Source: Octopus sinensis (lineage: Eukaryota). From it: a DNA stretch of 64,000 nt. Below, piece by piece: positions 39,345-52,164 of the stretch. The position numbers were made by a program, and so were the translations under genes. Location of the stretch: NCBI RefSeq assembly GCF_006345805.1, contig NC_043016.1, positions 186,001-250,000 of the forward strand. The letters are read 5' to 3'. Every line of letters starts with the position of its first letter. Positions within the stretch are counted from its first letter, which is position 1. The notes below the pieces were generated by a model, which was given only the letters and a program-made list of their open reading frames with translations, did not search any database and was not told the origin of the DNA.

Positions 39345-39749
39345 GATATATATATATATATTATATATATATATATATATAATATATTATATATATTTAT
39401 ATATATATACATATATATATATATATACATATATGAAGGATATCTTAATATCCCAGAAACAGCTGTAAGACTAAAATTTCTTTTATAAATGTCCTGAAAA
39501 TTCCACACAGCCTTGGCTTTCTTGCCTCATTTATTAACATATACATGCTCATGCAAGACCCACATTAGACTCCTCACTCATATCATTATAGAACCAAGAG
39601 TTTAACTATGGTCCTTCCATAGCATTTACATAGCCTTACCTGCCACCTTGGGTCTTCTGGATGCCAATACCTCTCATACCTTTACTTCCTTACTAATACA
39701 AGGACTTATTACAGGTAGCAGTTTTTATAATGGATAAACAATTCCTTGG

Positions 39750-40010
39750 CATCTCTCTTAAGGACATACTATTCCTTCACAAAAAACTTTCCTCTTACTC
39801 CTGCTTACCAAAACTAAGGACCTCATCCGAAGAATGCAGTAGAAAGCCTTCTTCCATGACAACCATAACCAACAGAGAAATCATAACACCAACACATAAA
39901 TCTTCGATCCTATAGATATGCTCCACACAATTCCTAACTTGACAAGTTCGAAGCAGGATCTACTGTGCTACAGAACGTACCTTTATATAAAAGTACATGC
40001 CTGAATTAGC
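39750..40010 (+). mobile_element. Possible PLE RT N-terminal remnant
   Basis: IRRMQ*KAFF and LDKFEA-like stretches in different frames. Very decayed. Confidence 0.3.
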
Positions 40011-40739
40011 AAGAGCAAGTACTACTCACATGTAGGATGTCTTTCACAGAAATTGACAGAATCTACATCTTCAGTTACATCTTGGAACTCCAAGGACTTC
40101 ACTGTCTCTTTTGTTTGCCACTGTCAGTGAAGCTCTGGTTTTTGAATTTTCCTGAAGAAATTAAATTTCTGCTTAAATCCTTTTATCATTTAGCCTTTTT
40201 TACTTTTTTTTTGTTACCTAGCAAAAAAAAAAAAAAATCAACCTGTATCTCTGAAAGACTAACAAAAGATTTAAGCTGTCATTCTCATAGTCATACGTTT
40301 TTCTAACGCCATGTGTTTTTGGTCTGCTGTGCTTTCATCTTCCTTCACTTTGTAACATTGGAAACAGGTTTCCCAGCTAACTTCATGTCTTCCCATTGAT
40401 CTGCATAGGTTCTGCTGCACCTCTTTTTACAAGGCTTTCTTTGTAAGTTTGTTTTGCTATCTCACCTAAAGGATGTCCCAAAGATACCTAATTCCTTCCA
40501 CCAAAATGACTGGCCTTGTGCCAAAATTTGAAATCATTATTATTATTAATATTCTTTTTTTTATTTTTATTTTATTTAGAAAATTACTTTTTATGCAATT
40601 AAGGAAACAAAAATCTTTATTTAAGCATGAAAAGATAGACTGATTAAAAGAAAAAGGAAACAAATAAAATAAAATATCATTACTATTATTATCATCATCA
40701 TCATTATCATTATTGTTGTTGTTGTTGTCGTCGTCGTCG

Positions 40740-40780
<41 letters not shown>

Positions 40781-40792
40781 ATTATTATTATT

Positions 40793-41243
40793 GAGTGAGA
40801 GAGCAGTGCATGCCATTAAAGTGACACTGGGATAAAATATACAAAGCCCAGTATACCCATCATGACTACTCGTCTGATAAGGGTACACCAGGCAAATGCA
40901 TCACAAATATATGTGCTCGACATGGAGACCTTATATCAAAATAAACAATGCATGACTTTGCAGGTGGGTCCCAGTTAAAATTTTCTTTAGGTCAAATAGA
41001 TCATTGCACTCAAAAAGTCCTTGAATAAGGGTTGTATAAAGATGTTGAATGAAAGACCCATATTTCCAGAGATGAATTATTCAAACCCCAAAGAATTCTC
41101 CTCAACACATGGCAATAATGCGCCTCCACTATTTCTACACGTGGTCAGAGACGCACATATCGTCAGCCACTAAGGGACATGCTCAACTGGTTAAGGTCAT
41201 ACAACTGACAAGCAAATCTGTGGTATTGAGCAGAATATTTGCT
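40793..41243 (-). mobile_element. Family D, truncated copy
   Basis: Same left end GAGTGAGAGAGCAG. Stops at AATATTTGCT, followed by (ATT)5. Confidence 0.8.
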
Positions 41244-41258
41244 ATTATTATTATTATT

Positions 41259-41815
41259 GAGTGAGAGAGCAGTGCATGCCATCAAAGTGACACTGGGGTA
41301 AAATATATGAAGCCCAATATACCCATCATGACTACCCGTCTGATAAGGGTACACAAGGCACATGCATCACAACCATATGTGCGCGACATGGTGATCTCAT
41401 ATCAAGATAAACAGCACATGACCTTGCGGGTGGGGCCCAGTTAGAATTTTCTTCAGGTTGAGTAGCCCATCCCGCTCAAAAGGTCCCTGAATAAGGGTTG
41501 TTTAAGGATGTTGAAAGAACCACCCATGTTTCCAGAGGTGAATTATTCAAACCCCAAAGAATCCCTCTCAACACATGGCTATGATGCTCCCCCACTACTT
41601 CTGCTCATGATCAGAGATGCACATATCGTCAGCCACTAAGGGACATGCTCAACTGGTTAAGGTCAAACAACTGACAAGCAAATCTGTGGTATTGAGCAGA
41701 ATATTTGCTGTAGCCCATCTTTTATACCAAGACAAAACAATGTACATGATAACACTTCCAATCAGTTAAGATCAGAAGCCATGAGAGCCACTGCCTGGTA
41801 CTGCATCAGGGCATT
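41259..41815 (-). mobile_element. Family D, full length
   Basis: GAGTGAGAGAGCAG ... CTGCATCAGGGCATT, flanked by (ATT)n. Confidence 0.85.
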
Positions 41816-41935
41816 TATTATTATTATTATTATTATATTATTATTATATTATTATTATTATTATTATTACTATATTATTATTTATTGTTACTAATATTAT
41901 TATTGTTGTTGTTGTTGTTATCATCATCATCATCA

Positions 41936-42011
<76 letters not shown>

Positions 42012-42577
42012 ATATACTCAGGGTGATGAGCTGGCAGAATTGTTAGCCTCACCTGGCAAAATGCTTAGCAGCATTTCATCAGTCTTTACATTCTGAGTTC
42101 AAATTCAACTGAGGTCAAATCTGCTGTTCACCCTTAAGGGTTCATGAAATAAATGTCACTCAAATACTGGGATTGATGTAGTCAACTAGCTCCCAACCCC
42201 AAAACTTCAGGCCTTTTGTCTATAGTAAAAAGGAATATTGATAATTATACACTGAAGCAGCATTCTGGCCAAATCATTACCACTCCAGATAAAATGCTTA
42301 GCAGCAGGTCATCTATCTTTGTGTTGTAAGTTCAAATTCCACCAAGGTCAACTTTTTCTTTCATCTTTTCAGGGCTGATAAAATAAGTACCAGCTGAACG
42401 CCAGGGTAGATGGTATTGATTTATCCCTTTTCTCAAATTTGTTGGCCTTACGCATAAACCATATACCATTATTAATAAAGCTACAGAATTAATACAGATT
42501 TCATATGGGAACCAGTATTAAGGAAGGATAGGAGAATATTAGATTTACAATCCCTAAAATTCACTCCATAATTGCCT

Positions 42578-42775
42578 ATGGACATATGGCGTAGTGGTTA
42601 AGCGTGTGGGCTACTAACCCCAAGATTCTGAGTTCGATTCCAGGCAGTGACCTGAATAATGATAATAATAATAATAATATTAACATCGAAAAGTACCAGG
42701 TTTGAAATTTCCCCAAGACACCTGATGAAGGCTGGAGGGTATATCAGCTGAAATGTTGTTAAACAAGATGAGGAC
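42578..42775 (+). mobile_element. tRNA-headed SINE with HHR-like tail (family H)
   Basis: A-box TGGCGTAGTGG at 42587, B-box GTTCGATTCC at 42632, (AAT)n linker, CTGATGA at 42722, GAAA at 42750. Confidence 0.7.
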
Positions 42776-43094
42776 TCCTTTCCTTTGCTGGTGAATTATA
42801 CAATCATTTTGTTGACTGTAGGCAAGAACAATCCCAAGGTTTTGTGCAGTCTTACACAAGCTAAGCCCCCACCCTCAGATTCACCCTCGGAAAATCAGAC
42901 AACTCTTTTGCTTCTGGTGTTTGTAGCAAGACTAAAAACAATTGGTATAGTCCAATTTAAAATGAAAAATACTAATACATCAAGTTTGAAGCAGCAGATA
43001 GTGTCCACTCAGATAAAACTTTGTAATGAGGGGTGTCTAGTTACTTTTGCAATGTCTGGTTATGTTGCTTGTTGCTTGTTCCTTCTCAAGCTAT

Positions 43095-43373
43095 GCCTGG
43101 CTCATAAGGGCCGGTTTCCCGGTTTCTTGGCATATAGGTTCCCCACCTGGAAGGGACGCTGGTCCGTCGTAGGTGAGCTGCAAGATGCAGGAGGAAAGAG
43201 TGAGAGAAAGTTGTGGCGAAAGAGTCAGCGGAAGTTCGCCATTACCTTCTACCGGAGCCGCGTAGAGCTTAGGTGTTTACACTCATAAACACACACATCG
43301 CCCGGTCTGAGATTCGAACCCGCGATCCCTCAACCGTGAGTCTGCTGCTCTAACCACTAGGCCATGTGCCTCC
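43095..43373 (-). mobile_element. tRNA-derived SINE, family F
   Basis: Minus strand GGAGGCACATGGCCTAGTGGTTAGAGC..GGTTCGAATCTC. Confidence 0.65.
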
Positions 43374-44035
43374 ACAATGTCTGGTTATACTCAGACACAT
43401 GGAAATATGCAGTTGGTAAAGTACAATAATGCAGTATGGTAGTTTGTATGTGTTTTAAAAGTTTTAGAGAAAACAGAAAAAAATGCCAATGTCCTTGATC
43501 CTTTTCAAGAACTTTGAGGGTAGTGGAAGGAAGTAAGGATGTTATCATCACAGACCAGACAACATAGCTCAAACACTTGCAAAAGAACCCCCGAACCCTT
43601 CCAAAGGTATACAAGTGTCAAATTTTTGTGTTAAAACGGCATACAGATTAAGTTGTGAGCAGCGAAGAGTAACAACCCTGTCAAGACTGACATGTTTCAT
43701 TACATTTTCATTGTTGAGATCCAGCCAAACATTCTTTTATTGTGAGAGAAAAGCAATCAGAAAGCTCTTCACATAAAGGCAGATGAAAGTTTGGGATATG
43801 CAGTGAGTAGTCGAAGTGTCTCTCGGTGAAGTCCCAAAAACCCAATACAGTCAAAGGACTAATCACACCACCACCGCTACAACCTCGGCCATTACCACCT
43901 CATAAATCAGTGCAAAGTTAACTAGATTGTTCTTCTACATAAAGAAACAATCTCACCAGTTGTAGCCTCTCTTTCTCTCCCTCCTCTCTCTCTCAATGTA
44001 TATATAAATATATATATACATATACATAAATACAA

Positions 44036-44067
<32 letters not shown>

Positions 44068-44709
44068 GCACAAGCATATCTATACACACACATCCATATG
44101 TATGTTAAGCACACACAATAGAATGCCTTGGCAGACTTTCAGAATAGCACATCCACATGTTGGATTTTTCTGTTTTGATGGGGATTTTTCAAATATTTCC
44201 CCCCACTCCCCTATATCCTTGCAAAGGATGAGGTGTGGGGGGAGAAGCTTTTTATGAAAAACAGTTTTGGAAATTTATGAATCCCTACACCCTTTCAGGC
44301 CAATTTTGTCAATTTTTTTTTTGCAATACTCACTTTAAAACAATGGGAGACACCTGGTTAGTAAAAAAACAAAAAAATTTTGAAAATTTATAAATTTTTT
44401 CAAACACCCCTCCCCAACTCAGTAATAATTTTGGGTATTTTTCTTTATTTTGCACAAAATACTTAAAAATGTTGGGACGAGCCTTGACGGTGAAAAAATT
44501 GGAGAAAATTGGTGATCACAAATACAATCCCTAATTCCTATATTTTCAAACAAAATGATATGTAATTAAAAATAGTGAAAATTTTCACTACCCCACCCCA
44601 TAAATCCTAAAATTTGGCTTTTTTAAAAAAAATTTCTTTTAATCATAGTTTTAAAATATTGACAGTCTGAATCTGCAATTAGTCTTGAAACCAAAGATGG
44701 TCTTTTTTC

Positions 44710-45190
44710 TTCTAGTGCTGACTTGAAAGACTGGTTAAATGACCAAATCCAATCTTCTCTGCCAGTTCCTCAACAGTTATGATGGGATAGTGTTCCACCA
44801 GGGTTTGCAAGACATCCTCCTTGGGCTCTACAGATCTAGAATGAAGCTCATCTTCTGGGCTGTAGTTTTTGCTTGGAATTTCTGGAACTGCTGTTGACAC
44901 TAGATTAGCTTATTGTCTGATCCCTATGTACTGCATTAATATTCCTCACACTTTCTGTTGCGTTGTTATCTTTATTGAACTCATGAAGCAAAATAAGCTA
45001 AATATGCTCCTTTGTCACTTCCATTATAGCTTTGAAAAAATAACTGTTAAAATCGAACAGCACTCTTCAAAATTTGCACTAAGAGTAAGTACAAGGTAAA
45101 ATTACTACCTGCTTTTATGGCAAGTTGATGCAGGAAGTTTATCCCATACCCCCTCTGACTTTTAGTTCATGCAGGTGAAAAGAACGCATT
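44710..45190 (-). mobile_element. Mariner 5' end and transposase N-terminus remnant
   Basis: MEVTKEHI*LILLHEFNK.NNATE..NINAV and YS.EDE..S.S....DVLQTLVE..P..TVEELA. Confidence 0.8.
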
Positions 45191-45834
45191 ATCTAGAGGA
45201 TGACCCGATACATATAATATATATATATATACATACATATATGCACACAAAACACACACACACAACATATACATACATGCACACATGTACATACACACAC
45301 ACACACTTCAAACTGTCAGTCAAACACCTTTCTACTGACCATTCTGCTACTGAATTCTTCCTACTTCATTAAGCTACACAAAGTTTCCATCTAGGAAATC
45401 CACTCACAAGCTACACATACTCATATAAACAGCCAAAACCACACACACAACACATACACACACATATGCACACACACGTGCTGCTATACACATACAACAC
45501 ACACACACACACACACTGCATGCATGCACATACTCTCACATACACACACATACCCCGTTCTCTTACATTCTCCTGTCTTAGAAAGAACGTTTTCATCACC
45601 CATTCCCTTCCGGTCATTTCAAAATGTAATCAAATGTTAATCGTTGGTGGTTTTCTTCTTCTGTCTTCCCTTCTATTGGACTTTCCTCTGTTTCCGAAGA
45701 AGAGCATCTGCTCAAAACGTTAAACCATCTTTCTTTCTTTACCTGAGCATCTGCTAATATTTTACATGTACCACATCCTCACATTGTTGTTTTTTGTGTT
45801 TGTTCTTCTTTTTGGGATTTACTATATATATCAT

Positions 45835-46410
45835 CATCATCATCATCATCATCGTTTAGCGTCTGTTTTCCCTGCTAGCATGGGTTGGCCGGTTCTACTA
45901 GGGTCTGTGAAGCCAGAAGGCTTCATCAGGCCCAGTCAAATCTGGCAGTGTTTCTACGGCTGGATGCCCTTCCTAACGCCAACCACTCCGTGAGTGTAGT
46001 GGGTGCTTTTTACGTTCCACCTGCACAGGTGCCAGACAGAGCTGGCAAATGGCCACGAACGGATGGTGCTTTTTATGTGCCACCGGCACGGGGGCCACGT
46101 GAGGCTGGCAATGGACACGAACGGATGGTGCTTTTTACGTGCCACCGGCATGAGGCCAGTCGGGGCGGCGCTGGCAACGGTTGCGAAACGGAAGGTTCTC
46201 TTACATGCCACTGGCACTGGTAACACATCTGCAATTTCCATTGATCGATTTCAATTCTGATCCTCACTTGCCTCAACAGGTCTTCACAAGTAGAGTTTTG
46301 TGTCCCAAGAAGGGAAGGTATGCATACGTAGGCTGGCTCCATCCCATGTAGAAGGCCACGGGTTATGGACTCACTTGTCCTGCCGAGTCTTCTCGTGCAC
46401 AGCACACTTC
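45835..46410 (-). mobile_element. RTE LINE 3' end
   Basis: Minus strand reads MTRDRDLWKCAVHEKTRQDK*, followed by the same 3'UTR and (GAT)n tail. Confidence 0.75.
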
Positions 46411-46579
46411 CAGAGGTCTCGGTCTCTAGTCATTTATATATATATCAAAATAAGCAACAAGGATATCCAGAGGTAATGCTGTACAATTGTTTCATGCTAC
46501 TCCATTTAAATGGCAATATGCTGTGCATGAGAAGAAGAACCATCAAGCCAAGTGAAATCATAGACATAGTAAATACTGG

Positions 46580-47395
46580 TGTCATGCAACTGGCACTCAT
46601 GCCAGTGGCACACAAGACCATCCATTACACTTTCAGAGTGGCTGGTGTTAGGAAGGGCATCCAGCCATAAAAACTATGCCAAATAAGACTAGAATTTGGA
46701 GCAGCCCCTCAGATTATCTGCTTTGGTCACACAGTCAAACTCATGTCAGCATGGACAATGGACATTAAATGATGATGATGATGATGATATATATATATAT
46801 ATATATCATCATCATCATCATCATCATTTAACGTCTGCTTTCCATGCAAGCATGGGTTGGACAATTTGACTGAGGGCTGGCAAACCAGATGACTGCACCA
46901 GGCTCCAATCTTGATCTGGCAGAGTTTCTACAGCTGGATGCCCTTCCTAATGCCAACCACTCCGAGAGTGTAGTGGGTGCTATTTGCATGCCACCAGCAC
47001 GGGAGCCTGTCAGGTGGTACTGGCAATGACCTCACTCGAATATATATATATATATATATGAGGGAAGTGAAGTATTTGTCGTGGCTGATAACAGAACTGC
47101 CTGATTGGCACCCGTGCCAGTGGCATGTGAAAAGCACCATTCGAGCATGGCTGATGCCAGTGCTGGCTGATTTGCTCCCATACTGGAGGCACATAAAAAT
47201 CACCCACTACACTCTCAGAGTAGTTGGCATTAGGAAGGGCATCCAGCTGTAGAAACTTTGCTAGATTGGATTGGAGTCTGGTGCCGCCTTCTGGTTTGCC
47301 AGCCCTCAGTCAAACCATCCAACCCATGCCAGTATGGAAAGCGGACGTTAAATGATGATTATGACGATGACGATGATGATAATGATGATAATGAT
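46580..47395. mobile_element. Three RTE 3'UTR copies in alternating orientation (+ 46580-46790, - 46805-47040, + 47070-47395)
   Basis: Each carries the GAAGGGCATCCAGC core and a (GAT)n/(CAT)n tail. Confidence 0.65.
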
Positions 47396-48704
47396 ATATA
47401 TATATGATGGGCTTCTTCCAGTTTCCATCTATGAAATCCACTCACAAGGATTTGGTTAACCTAAGGCTATAGTAGAAGAAATTTACCCAAGGTGCCACAC
47501 AGAGGGACTGAACCTGGAAGCATGTGGTTTGGAAGCAAGATTCTTTACCACGCAGCCACACCTGGGTTGATAGACAGATGCATGCATTTATTATGTATAT
47601 ATTTATATGTCTGTCTGTGTACACATACATAAGTGTATGTTTGTGTACACCCGGCTCCCCCTCCCTCTCCGTCTCTCTCTGTTTTTATCAGTGAAGTGAT
47701 CTTATTACAAAATCTCATTGTGATATACAATGTTGGCATATAGTCCAAATACATAAGGGATATTAACTATAAACATTTGTTGTGTAGAATACACTTTTAA
47801 GCATATAGAATCAGATGGAATCTCATTCCTTCTACATCATCTCACCTTTAACAAAGAGTGTGTACAGGTATGGTAAGTAAATGTGTTTCCAGCAGAGTTT
47901 TTTTTTTTTATGATGTGAGTGGAATGGTACAAAAAGATTAAAGAATTGCTTGGTGAGAGAGAAAAAAATATTGTCTGCGCGAATGAAGGTAGAAGAGCCA
48001 GGAAGAAATAGTAAAGCAATACACACATATGTGTTTATATACATACATATACATGCATGTATTTGCATATGTATATATATCTATTTACTTCTCTAATAAC
48101 ATATGCATATATATTATATGTAAACAAACAGATATGTATGTATGTATGTGTGTGTGTGTAGGTGTGTATGTATGTATGTATGTATGTATGTTTGCATGCA
48201 TGTATGTATGTATGTATGCATATATGCATACACCCCCACCTTTCCCTCTTTAAATGCTACTTTCCCTGCAGACAATGAATCTCATTGATCTTTTGACCAA
48301 GCTATTTCTACTTACGATTCTACTTTGGCTAAATTTGTGAATTATTTACTCTTCCCTTTGCAATGGAGCAAACAACCCTGGGTAATTAAACCTAAGGAAA
48401 AACGACACAGTATTTTTAAGTGCTATGTAAGACATGTTAGGTTTAAGCTGGAAACATATGTAGTTCTGATTTACCTTTTCTATTCCTTATAGTCTTTGAA
48501 TTATGTTCTCATAATCAACAATTTTTGTTACTAAACATGTGTAGTATAGTGACAATAATCTTATTGTAATTTCTATCTGTTTCTATATGAGACAAAGTGT
48601 ATAACATACACCACTTAATAAAGTTTGTTGGTTATGTCCTCTATACAAGATGTGTACATGTTTACTATTAATTTCCTGTATCAAGATCTTTATGGATTAC
48701 ACAT

Positions 48705-49670
48705 ACATATGCATGCATATATGTCATTATTCAGTTTATTTCAAGATTTCTTGTCAGAGAAAGAACCGGTTTCTAACCTAGATCCAATGTCCTTTCATTG
48801 GAATATCAACATCAGCAACAGGGTGTTTTTGTTTGTTTGTATGTATGTATGTATGTTTGTGCAGATTTGTATGTTTTATGTATGTATTCTCATGCATATA
48901 GTTACATATCTAGATATACTCATATATATTTAAATGATAAACTTCTGGAAAGTTTTACAGATTTTTACAGTTCCAGTGATGGAGTCGATCTCTAGTCTTC
49001 GAATTAGCTTTCTCCTTTCTGGTTTTGAGATGCCTATTTCTCAAGATTGGTATTTAGGCAGTGTGTTACATATCCCAGGGCCCCAATAATTATAGGTATA
49101 AACCTGAACTTGTAATCTGGATAGAGTAACTGCAGATTTCTCAATAGTTTAGCATAGGTATTCTCTTTTTCACTGATCTTCAGCTTAACGTTAACATCTG
49201 CAGAGCAGCCAATTTCTACAACTGTGCACAGTTTCTCTTCTCTGTCCCAAATCATTATATCAGGTCTGTTGTGCTTACATTTTATTGCGGTCTTCACTGG
49301 TACATTCCACCAGTATCCCTTTTTATTAAGAGTGGCTATGGCTTCTACTATATTGTGGGTTCTTATTTCTTTGTCCTTGGGATTATCCTTCCAACGGATT
49401 TCATTATAGAGTGTCCTAGCACAACGTCATGTCTCATCGGTAGATAATATTGTGATGACATTTTTGGACAACTGCTTATAATGTGGGTGATATCTTCAGT
49501 GTGAACTCCGCAAAGTCTGCATTGGTTGTCACATTTTATGGCTTAACCTGTATCTCTGTCCCTTTTGTGCATCAGGTATTTGGTTGATATTTCCTGTTCC
49601 TGGATTGCAAATGCAAACCCTTCAAAGTGGGAGGTAGTAATCCGGCTATTCGTCCATGATAAACTGCTCC
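48705..49670 (-). mobile_element. R4/Dong-type non-LTR retrotransposon 3' end (CCHC finger plus restriction-like endonuclease)
   Basis: FEGFAFAIQEQEI, CRLCG..EDITHIISSCPK, RHDVV, NRPDIMIWD..VVEIGC, PIIIGALG. The 3'UTR ends AATAAACTGAATAAT. Confidence 0.85.
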
Positions 49671-49752
49671 CTTCAACTTTTTCTTCCCTTTTCCAAGCAA
49701 ACCAAAAACAAAGCTACAAGATTTGGTGGTCTCACATCTAAAAGATAACTAA

Positions 49753-51085
49753 TGGTTATCCTCAGTAGTCACGGCCCATGTTTCACTGCCATGTAGCATG
49801 GCTGTTCATACACATGCATCATACAGTTTACCTTTTACTCTGAGTGAGAGGCCCTTTGTCATCAGCAGAGGTAAGAGCTCTCTGAACTTTGCCCAGGCTA
49901 TTCTTATTCTAGCAGCTACACTTTCAGTGCACTCTCCTCCGCTACTGATTTGGTCACCTAGGTAACGGAAGCTATCAACTACTTCGAGTTTTCCTTCCTA
50001 GAATGAGGCGGAAGTTGTTCTCTGCACATTTTCAGTGTTTATTGCTCCTGAGCATCTGCCACATACAAAAACTATCTTCCTAGTTAGCTTCCCTTTGATA
50101 TTGCTGCTCCTTTTATATGTCCATAGCTTATACTGGGTACATCTTATAGAGTGTCTACTTACGCCTTTTCTACAGATTGAGCCAGGCCATCTACCTGAAG
50201 GCGTTTGTGATTGGGCTACCTTCCTACTTATTAGGACTTTGGTTTTTGCTAGATTGACTCGATAGCGCTTCGATTCTAGACCTTGCTTCCACACATGAAA
50301 CTTATCCTCTAGTTCTGATAGTGACTCAGCAATTAGAGCAAGGTCATCAGTATAGAGAAGCTCCCAGGGACATCCTGTCTTGAATTCCTCTGTTATTTCC
50401 TGGAGGATTATGATAAATAGGAGGGGGCTGAGGACTGAACCTTGGTGGGCCCCTACCTCTACCCAGAATTCTTCACTGTACTCATTGCCAACTCTCACTT
50501 TACTGACAGCATCCCTGTACATGACTTGTACAGTTCTCACTAACCACTCATCTATCCCTAGTCTTCACATTGACCACCAGATAAGGGATCGGGGGATCCT
50601 GTCAAAGGCTTTCTCCATGTCAACAAAAACCAGGTACAAAGGTTTATCTTTTGCTAGGTATTTCTCCTGCAGCTGTCTTTCCAGAAATATAGCATTGGTG
50701 GTGCTTTTCCCTTGCATGAACTCAAACTGCATCTCATCTAAACTGACTCTCTCCCTAATTAGTTGGGCTATAACCCTTTCCTTGACCTTCATTACCTGAC
50801 CCAACAACTTGATACTGCTGTAATTATTTGTATCTAAAGCGTCACCTTTACCTTTGTAGCAGTTGACTATTATGCTGCTACACCAGTCGTTGGGTATGAC
50901 TCCTTCGTGTATCACCTGGTTAACTATATGGGTGACTAGGCTATAGCCGACATTGCCAAATATTTTGAGCATCTTTGCAGTGATTTCTGATGGGCCAGGG
51001 ACTTTCCCTGTTTTCATACTCTTAATTGCTTTATCTACCAAGGCACTGTCGACTCAGATAGCTGGTCCCTCCATTGGTCGACAAA
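49753..51085 (-). mobile_element. RTE-clade LINE reverse transcriptase fragment (pseudogenised)
   Basis: K.PGPS, IPNDW, NY..IKLL, QF.FM.GKSTT.AIF, VFVDMEKAFDRIPR, HQGSVLSPLLF, LLYTDDLAL, VN..KTK, FRYLGDQ, LHGSETW. Split by stop codons. Confidence 0.92.
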
Positions 51086-51131
51086 TGCTTTGTAAGTGGG
51101 TTTTGTACACAGAGACTGACTGTCATATATA

Positions 51132-51168
<37 letters not shown>

Positions 51169-51425
51169 CTGTCTGTCTGTGTTTGTACCCCAACATAGCT
51201 TGACAACTGATGTGCTGTGTTTATGTCCCCGTAACTTGGCGGTTGGCAAAAGACACCCATAGAATAAGTACTAGGCTTACAAAGAATAAATCCTGGGGTT
51301 GATTTGTTCGAGTAAAGGCAGTGCTCCAGCATGACCACAGTCACATGACTGAAACTAGTAAAACAATAAAATCCAAAGCTTTTCTGGATATCACTGCTAG
51401 TTTATATATATATATATATCTCAAA

Positions 51426-51713
51426 AAATAAAATGTTTTGAATGGTACAACAATGCACTTAAATACAGACAATGGTCTATATACCTGTTGTAATTTAGCC
51501 ATCCATAGTCTGATAAGATATTTCGGAATAATATTCCTTCTTCAGATATTCTTAGATAGAGTCACTGCTATAATCGGTTATAGCAGCGACTCCGTCTGAA
51601 GAAGGAATATTATTCCGAAATATTATCAGACTATGGATGACTAAATTACAACAGGTAAACAGCCCATTGTCTGTATTATAGTGCATTGTTGGACCATTCA
51701 AAACATTTTATTT
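51426..51713. repeat. 288-bp palindrome with mirror HHR-like cores
   Basis: Centre TAATCGGTTA at 51571-51580. CTGAAGA-AGGAAT att ATTCC-GAAA at 51596-51620, mirrored at 51521-51545. Confidence 0.75.
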
Positions 51714-51912
51714 GTTACAAACAATACACAATGCTTCAAGCAAACTACAATACTCTCCTATATATATGTACATCATATATATATATATATATAATATACA
51801 TGTATATAAATTTAAAATGAGGGTGAGAAATTAGATATTAATTTAATTAACATCGATTTCACACCAGTGGTCTAGCATATAAAAAAAACTAAAGGTTCAG
51901 TGAAATTGTATT

Positions 51913-52044
51913 ATATACATATTAGAGGGAAACCACTATGTGGACACCCTTATGCTAGAAATAGATCCACTAGTAGTAAGCCCATAGCGGATCTATTTCA
52001 AGCAAAAGGGTGTCCACATAGTGGTTTCCCTCTAATAAGTATAT
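51913..52044. repeat. Hairpin with ~55-bp arms
   Basis: TATTAGAGGGAAACCACTATGTGGACACCCTT / AAGGGTGTCCACATAGTGGTTTCCCTCTAATA. Confidence 0.8.
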
Positions 52045-52100
52045 GACCCGTCCGGGTTTTTTTGTATCGTCTTCTGAATGTTTTGCGTTCTTGTCCCATT

Positions 52101-52164
<64 letters not shown>

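Noticed and set aside
42785-43288. 167-aa ORF
   Set aside because: The 3' part is antisense SINE F, and there is no domain or splice support.
47800-47872. Plus-strand exon candidate ending at GTAAGT; a similar one at 25053-25111
   Set aside because: They are isolated, with ambiguous frame, a modest acceptor and no recognisable homology.
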